64,000 nt of DNA from assembly GCA_963677895.2 (NCBI GenBank), contig CAXXGJ010000038.1:320001-384000 (forward strand), read 5' to 3'. A model generated the notes under the pieces. It worked only from the letters and a program-made list of their open reading frames with translations. It had not been told where the DNA came from and searched no databases. Within the stretch, counting starts at the first letter, position 1. Each line of letters starts with the position of its first letter. Source of the stretch: Treponemataceae bacterium (GTDB lineage Bacteria; Spirochaetota; Spirochaetia; Treponematales; Rectinemataceae). Shown here piece after piece: positions 58,299-64,000 of this stretch. The position numbers and the translations under genes are program-made.

Positions 58299-60767
58299 TC
58301 AAGGACGCCCGCTGCAGCGGGCCAGGAGTTCACCCACGAGGGACTTGAACCCGAAGCCGCCCCTGCGCGACGGGCTTGAAATTTCGCCGGCCTGGGGCGA
58401 GCCATCGGCGCCCACGAGGTCGGCGCCGATACAGGAGGGGCAACCAGCGCCGCAGGAGCAGCCGTGAAGCCTCTCATATGCCGCGCCCATGAGTCCGTCC
58501 AGCTTGCCCGTGAGGGCCTCCGAGAGACCGGTGCCGCCCGGATACTTGTCGTAGAGGTAGATGGCCGGGATCGAGAAATGAGGGTCCCTCACGCGCTCGG
58601 AGACGCCGATGTCGCGGGGATCGCAGAGGACGAAGACCGGTGCCAGGGACTTGAGCAGGCGCGCGGCCCCGACGAGCGCGGCCGCCGCCGTCGCCGGATC
58701 GAGCCTCTCCAGGAAGGAGCCGGCCGCGCTCTCCTTCGGAAAGAGAAGCATGAGGGCGCGCGTCTGCATTTCCTCGGGCGGCAGGAATATTTCGCCGAAT
58801 CCGACGTTCTCCTGCGTGTGGAAGCGCAGCTTCTTGAACTTCTCCGCCTGGCTCCTCACGAGGACGTCGCCCACGGCGTAGCCGAAAAGCATGGACTGGC
58901 CGGGAGAGGAACGTTCGTCCTCGGTGAGCACCTCAAGGTCGGTCTTGACGACGGCGTCGGTCCAGTAATCCAGGTCCTTGCGCTCGACGTGGCAGACCCT
59001 GTTGGCAATGTCGAGCTTCTTCACGATGAACTGCGTGCCCAGGTGGATGTAGACGGCGTTGTCGAATATGAGTTCCTTGGCGCTCGGCCTGTCCATCTCG
59101 CCGATTACGCGGCTTCCGCCGCCGGTCACGTCGACGATGACGATATTGTCGGCGGTGGCCGAGCGGAGCGAAATCTTCTCGCTGGGGTAGCCCTCGTCGG
59201 ACCAGTACCAGCGCCCGCCGGTGAGACGCACCGCGCCTTCTTCCTCCAGCAGGGAAAGAGCCTCCGCCGTCAGCTCGGAACGCTCGCTTCCCTCGCCGGG
59301 CTCCGTTTCACTCTCGCCGTGTTCCGTTTCGTCCTCGCCGCGCTCCGTTTCGTCCTCGCCGCCGGTCGCGCCCTCGCCATCCTCGCCGCCGCCGAAAGCC
59401 CCGCCCTCCGCGAAAGGCAGCTCGAAGGTCGCGCACTTGACGTGGTCGATGAAGATGAAGGGATTGTCCAAGTCAACCCTGGCCTGCTCCGGCGACTGCG
59501 CGAGGAAATATTCGGGATGAAGGGCGAAATACTGGTCCAAAGGGGCCGCCGATGCCACGAAGATGGCCAGGGAAGAGCCGCCCCGTCTCCCCGCCCTTCC
59601 CGCCTGCTGCCAGAAGGATGCCGTGCTGCCGGGATAGCCCGCCATGACGGAGGCGTCGAGCCCGCCTATGTCGATGCCGAGTTCCAGGGCGTTCGTGGAG
59701 ACGACGCCGTTGATGGATCCCTCGCGAAGGCCTTTCTCGATGGCGCGCCGCTCAGATGGAAGAAGCCCCGAACGGTAGGGGCTCACCTTTATCCTCTCGT
59801 TTTCGTTGTTGGGATTCTCCAGGCTCTGGTTGATGTTGCTCGCGATGAGCTCCACCGCCAGCCTGGACCGGGCGAAGAGGATGGTCTTCACTCCTCTGCG
59901 CAGGAGCTCGAGGGCGATGCGCTCGGACTCGGTCGCGCTGCTCTTCCTCATGCCCTGCACCGGATCGATGACGGGGGGATTATAGAAGACGATCGTCTTT
60001 TCGCCGGCCCCGGCGCCGTTGTCGTCGACGAGCTCGACGGGCTCCTCGATCAGGGCTTCGGCGAGTTCTTTGGGATTGGCGATCGTCGCCGAGCAGAAAA
60101 TGAAGGAAGGCTTGGCGCCGTAGAAGGCGGCGATGCGTTTGAGCCGCCTCAGCACGTTGCCCACATGGCTGCCGAAAACGCCCCGGTAGCTGTGCGTTTC
60201 GTCCACGACAACATATTTCAGGCCTGAGAAGAACTGTATCCACTTGGCGTGGTTGGGCAATATCCCGGCGTGGAGCATGTCCGGATTCGTGATGACGATA
60301 CGGCCGGAGGTTCGCGCCGCCGTCCTGAGGGATGAGGGCGTGTCACCGTCGTAAGTCTGTATTTTTACGGGCAGCGCGCCGCCCAGGGCGACTTCGTTGA
60401 GCTCAGCCTGCTGGTCCTGGGAGAGGGCTTTCGTCGGAAAAAGATAGAGGGCGCGGGCGGAGGGATCCTCCAGGAGGGTCTGGACCACGGGGAGATTGTA
60501 GCAGAGGGTCTTGCCCGACGCCGTAGGCGTGACGACGACGAAATTCCGCCCGGAACGGGCGATTCGGTAGCATTCGGACTGATGGGTGTAGAGGGCCGAA
60601 ATGCCCTTCGCGGCAAGGGCCGCGGCGAGAGGCGGCGAGAGATCGGCCGGCAGTTCGGCGAGTTTCGGCGAGCGCTGCCGCAACGTACGAGTCCAGGCCA
60701 CTTCCCCCTGCTCATCGAGCCAGGCGAGAAAAGAGTCCCAAAATTCTGTGGCGGGTTTCTTCATCAT
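58299..60767 (-). CDS. YprA/MrfA-like SF2 DExH helicase with a C-terminal four-Cys DUF1998 domain
   Basis: TPTASGKT, PTKALSQDQ, TNPDMLH, DETH, SAT, NALELGIDIG, QQAGRAGR, YD..PGG.G and CSCGAGCPSC motifs. Confidence 0.92.
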   Translation of the reverse strand: MMKKPATEFWDSFLAWLDEQGEVAWTRTLRQRSPKLAELPADLSPPLAAALAAKGISALYTHQSECYRIARSGRNFVVVTPTASGKTLCYNLPVVQTLLEDPSARALYLFPTKALSQDQQAELNEVALGGALPVKIQTYDGDTPSSLRTAARTSGRIVITNPDMLHAGILPNHAKWIQFFSGLKYVVVDETHSYRGVFGSHVGNVLRRLKRIAAFYGAKPSFIFCSATIANPKELAEALIEEPVELVDDNGAGAGEKTIVFYNPPVIDPVQGMRKSSATESERIALELLRRGVKTILFARSRLAVELIASNINQSLENPNNENERIKVSPYRSGLLPSERRAIEKGLREGSINGVVSTNALELGIDIGGLDASVMAGYPGSTASFWQQAGRAGRRGGSSLAIFVASAAPLDQYFALHPEYFLAQSPEQARVDLDNPFIFIDHVKCATFELPFAEGGAFGGGEDGEGATGGEDETERGEDETEHGESETEPGEGSERSELTAEALSLLEEEGAVRLTGGRWYWSDEGYPSEKISLRSATADNIVIVDVTGGGSRVIGEMDRPSAKELIFDNAVYIHLGTQFIVKKLDIANRVCHVERKDLDYWTDAVVKTDLEVLTEDERSSPGQSMLFGYAVGDVLVRSQAEKFKKLRFHTQENVGFGEIFLPPEEMQTRALMLLFPKESAAGSFLERLDPATAAAALVGAARLLKSLAPVFVLCDPRDIGVSERVRDPHFSIPAIYLYDKYPGGTGLSEALTGKLDGLMGAAYERLHGCSCGAGCPSCIGADLVGADGSPQAGEISSPSRRGGFGFKSLVGELLARCSGRP

Positions 60768-60849
60768 AAGCTATACTTTACACACGCTGGGTGCTTAGGT
60801 AAACAGATGTGTATATATTTTTCAACACACCCGCGCGAAAGGGGCCATC

Positions 60850-62124
60850 ATGCTGAAAGTATTGTCGATCGTGCTTGGCGGCGGCAAAGGCACTCGTCTA
60901 TTCCCCCTCACCAAGGAAAGATCCAAGCCGGCCGTTCCCTTCGGAGGCAAATTCCGCATCGTCGATATACCCATATCGAACTGCATCAACGCCGGTTTCA
61001 AGAAGATCTACATCCTCACCCAGTTCAACTCCGCGAGCCTCCATCTGCATATCGCAAAATCCTACAATTTCGATACGTTCTCGAGCGGATTCGTGGAAAT
61101 CCTCGCCGCGGAGCAGACGCCGGTCCATTCTGGCTGGTACGAAGGCACGGCGGACGCCGTGCGCAAGAATCTCATCCATTTCAGGCCGCAGAACCCCACC
61201 CATTACCTCATCGTGTCGGGCGACCAGCTCTACAGAATGGATCTGGGCGACATGTTCAGGAGACATCTCGCCTCGAAGGCCAGACTCACGATAGCCGGCA
61301 CCATGGTGGACAGGAATACGGCGAGCGCCCTCGGCATCATCAAGACGGGAAAAGATTCGCTGATCGAAGCCTTCATGGAAAAGCCCGGTCCGGCGAAGGA
61401 TATCTCGGAATTCAGACTCCCCGACGAGATCCGCCCGAAATCATCAGCGCCGGAGAATGAATACCTCGCGAGCATGGGCATCTACATTTTCGACGCATCC
61501 CTTATGGAAGAAGCCCTCGCTGGCGACTCGAACGACTTCGGCAAGGAAGTCATACCCGATATCCTCGCCAAGGAAAAAATCAACGCCTACCTTTTCGACG
61601 GCTACTGGGAAGATATCGGAACGATCAAGAGTTTCTACGACGCGAACATCCAGCTGACGGACATCAATCCGAAGTTCAATTTCTACGACGAGGACAACCC
61701 GATTTTCACGCACAACAGGAATCTCCCCGCGTCCAAGCTCAACTACTGTACGCTGAACCAGGCCTTGGCCACCGACGGCTGTATCATCACCAACGCTTCC
61801 ATATCGCGCTCCATCGTGGGAATACGCACCATCATCGAGTCGGGCGCCAGCCTCGACGGCGTGATATGTATGGGCGCCGACCGCTATGAAACGGAAGAGG
61901 ATAAGAAGGCCAACACGCTGAAAGGAATTCCTAACATCGGCATCGGCGGCGGAAGCATACTGAGGCGCGCCATCATCGACAAAAACGCAAGGATAGGCCC
62001 CAACTGCAGGATCGGCATCGACGACATGCCGCGGCCGGAGGGCGAATACGCCACGCACTATATCGTGGACGGCGTCATCGTCATTCCCAAGAACATGATC
62101 GTGCCGGCCGGCACGGCGATCTGA
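60850..62124 (+). CDS. glgC: Glucose-1-phosphate adenylyltransferase
   Basis: GGGKGTRLFPLT..RSKPAVPFGG, TQFNS.SL, WYEGTADAV, DFGKEVIP and YWEDIGT motifs. Confidence 0.97.
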   Translation: MLKVLSIVLGGGKGTRLFPLTKERSKPAVPFGGKFRIVDIPISNCINAGFKKIYILTQFNSASLHLHIAKSYNFDTFSSGFVEILAAEQTPVHSGWYEGTADAVRKNLIHFRPQNPTHYLIVSGDQLYRMDLGDMFRRHLASKARLTIAGTMVDRNTASALGIIKTGKDSLIEAFMEKPGPAKDISEFRLPDEIRPKSSAPENEYLASMGIYIFDASLMEEALAGDSNDFGKEVIPDILAKEKINAYLFDGYWEDIGTIKSFYDANIQLTDINPKFNFYDEDNPIFTHNRNLPASKLNYCTLNQALATDGCIITNASISRSIVGIRTIIESGASLDGVICMGADRYETEEDKKANTLKGIPNIGIGGGSILRRAIIDKNARIGPNCRIGIDDMPRPEGEYATHYIVDGVIVIPKNMIVPAGTAI

Positions 62125-62145
62125 AAACCCGATTCCCAACGTATG

Positions 62146-62183
62146 AAAAGAGGGCGGCCCGCGATGCGGGCCGCCCTCTTTTT
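62146..62183. terminator. Bidirectional intrinsic terminator
   Basis: AAAAGAGGGCGGCCCGC-GAT-GCGGGCCGCCCTCTTTT 17-bp stem between convergent genes. Confidence 0.9.
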
Positions 62184-62203
62184 CAGTTTCCTTGCCTGAA
62201 TTT

Positions 62204-62809
62204 TCAGCCGGTGACGAGCTTCATGGCCTCGGCCAGTTCGGGATCCTTGTCTATATAGTACTTCTGGGCTTCGGCGGCCGACAGGCCGACAAGCTCGTGG
62301 CTCATGTAGTGAATCCAGGTCTCGTCTTCCAGCGTGGGCACCTCGATCTTGCGGCACCAGTAATCGGGGTGGATAGGATGGGTGTCGGGCAGGTATTCGC
62401 GGACCTTGTAGTCGTGGACGACGACCTTTATGTTGGCGCGGGGCAAGCCCTTTCGCATGAACACTTCGGTGAGATAGTTGACGGTCCTTCCCGAGTCGTA
62501 GACGTCGTCGACGAGCATCACCTTTTCCCCTCCGTGGAGGAGATCGGGACTGTAGGTCCATCCGTCGATCTTGACCTCTTCCTGCGTGCTCACGTCGGTA
62601 TAGGAGCGGGCGACGACGGCCGCGTAGAAAACGGGGTTTGCCTCGCCGGTGATGAACTTGAAATACTCGCTTATGACATTCCCCATATAGGCGCCGCCTC
62701 TCAGGGACACATAGATGATGTCGGGGATGAATCCATCTTTGTAAATGCGGTAGGCCATCTTCAGGGCATTGTTCCTGATGGTGTCGTAGGGAACGAATTC
62801 TTTGTGCAT
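62204..62809 (-). CDS. Type I phosphoribosyltransferase
   Basis: LRGG and VMLVDDVYDSGRT PRPP-binding motif. Confidence 0.88.
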   Translation of the reverse strand: MHKEFVPYDTIRNNALKMAYRIYKDGFIPDIIYVSLRGGAYMGNVISEYFKFITGEANPVFYAAVVARSYTDVSTQEEVKIDGWTYSPDLLHGGEKVMLVDDVYDSGRTVNYLTEVFMRKGLPRANIKVVVHDYKVREYLPDTHPIHPDYWCRKIEVPTLEDETWIHYMSHELVGLSAAEAQKYYIDKDPELAEAMKLVTG

Positions 62810-62861
62810 AGGGCCTCTCGGGAGAAAGATCCGCGTTCCTCAAGGGGGACCGCATGTGGAC

Positions 62862-62899
62862 AAAAAGCTTGAAGCCCTGAAAAAATCAGGGCTTCAAGC
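62862..62899 (-). terminator. Intrinsic terminator downstream of the HtrA gene
   Basis: GCTTGAAGCCCTGA 14-bp inverted repeat (62867-80 / 62886-99) followed by TTTTT on the minus strand. Confidence 0.8.
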
Positions 62900-62926
62900 A
62901 GTCATCGCGAAGATGGGATAGTACTA

Positions 62927-64000
<1,074 letters not shown>

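Noticed and set aside
58464..60227. 587-aa plus-strand ORF
   Set aside because: Antisense shadow of the helicase gene.
56963..60767. DISARM/Druantia-like defence system suggested by the DUF1998 helicase
   Set aside because: No methylase, phospholipase D or other defence genes adjacent; the partner is the YprB-type exonuclease typical of MrfAB.

Overview
High-GC bacterial chromosome segment made almost entirely of core genes. The gene order points to a spirochaete (Spirochaetota, probably Treponematales-like; inferred from synteny and protein architecture). The long minus-strand block tamB-bamA-skp-(STAS)-mutS-comF-rimP-nusA-infB-rbfA-truB-ribF-rpsO-pnp-M16-dut-lptF-lptG-tgt resembles the order known in Borrelia/Treponema. 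Other blocks are yebC-ruvC-ruvA-ruvB-queA, murI-rsgA-mutS2, lepB-lepB-hemW-pdxY, FGE-smpB-rsmD, TPR-rlmN, mrfA-mrfB, glgC and htrA. I saw no rRNA, tRNA, CRISPR, IS or prophage, and no clear self-contained novel multi-gene system. The most notable observations are: (1) a 2911-aa TamB with four ~450-550-aa internal repeats in an A-B-A-B pattern; (2) about eight operon-leading genes with a -10 hexamer 6-8 nt before the ATG and no Shine-Dalgarno, suggesting widespread leaderless mRNAs; (3) an IF2 with a 17x GYQG prion-like domain; (4) an orphan STAS gene inserted antisense into the conserved block, with a promoter interlocked with that of mutS; (5) a frameshifted M16 peptidase; (6) a signal peptidase paralog lacking the catalytic Lys; (7) MrfAB repair genes; (8) recurrent micro tandem duplications at gene ends. 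All family calls come from motif recognition by eye; no database search was run.
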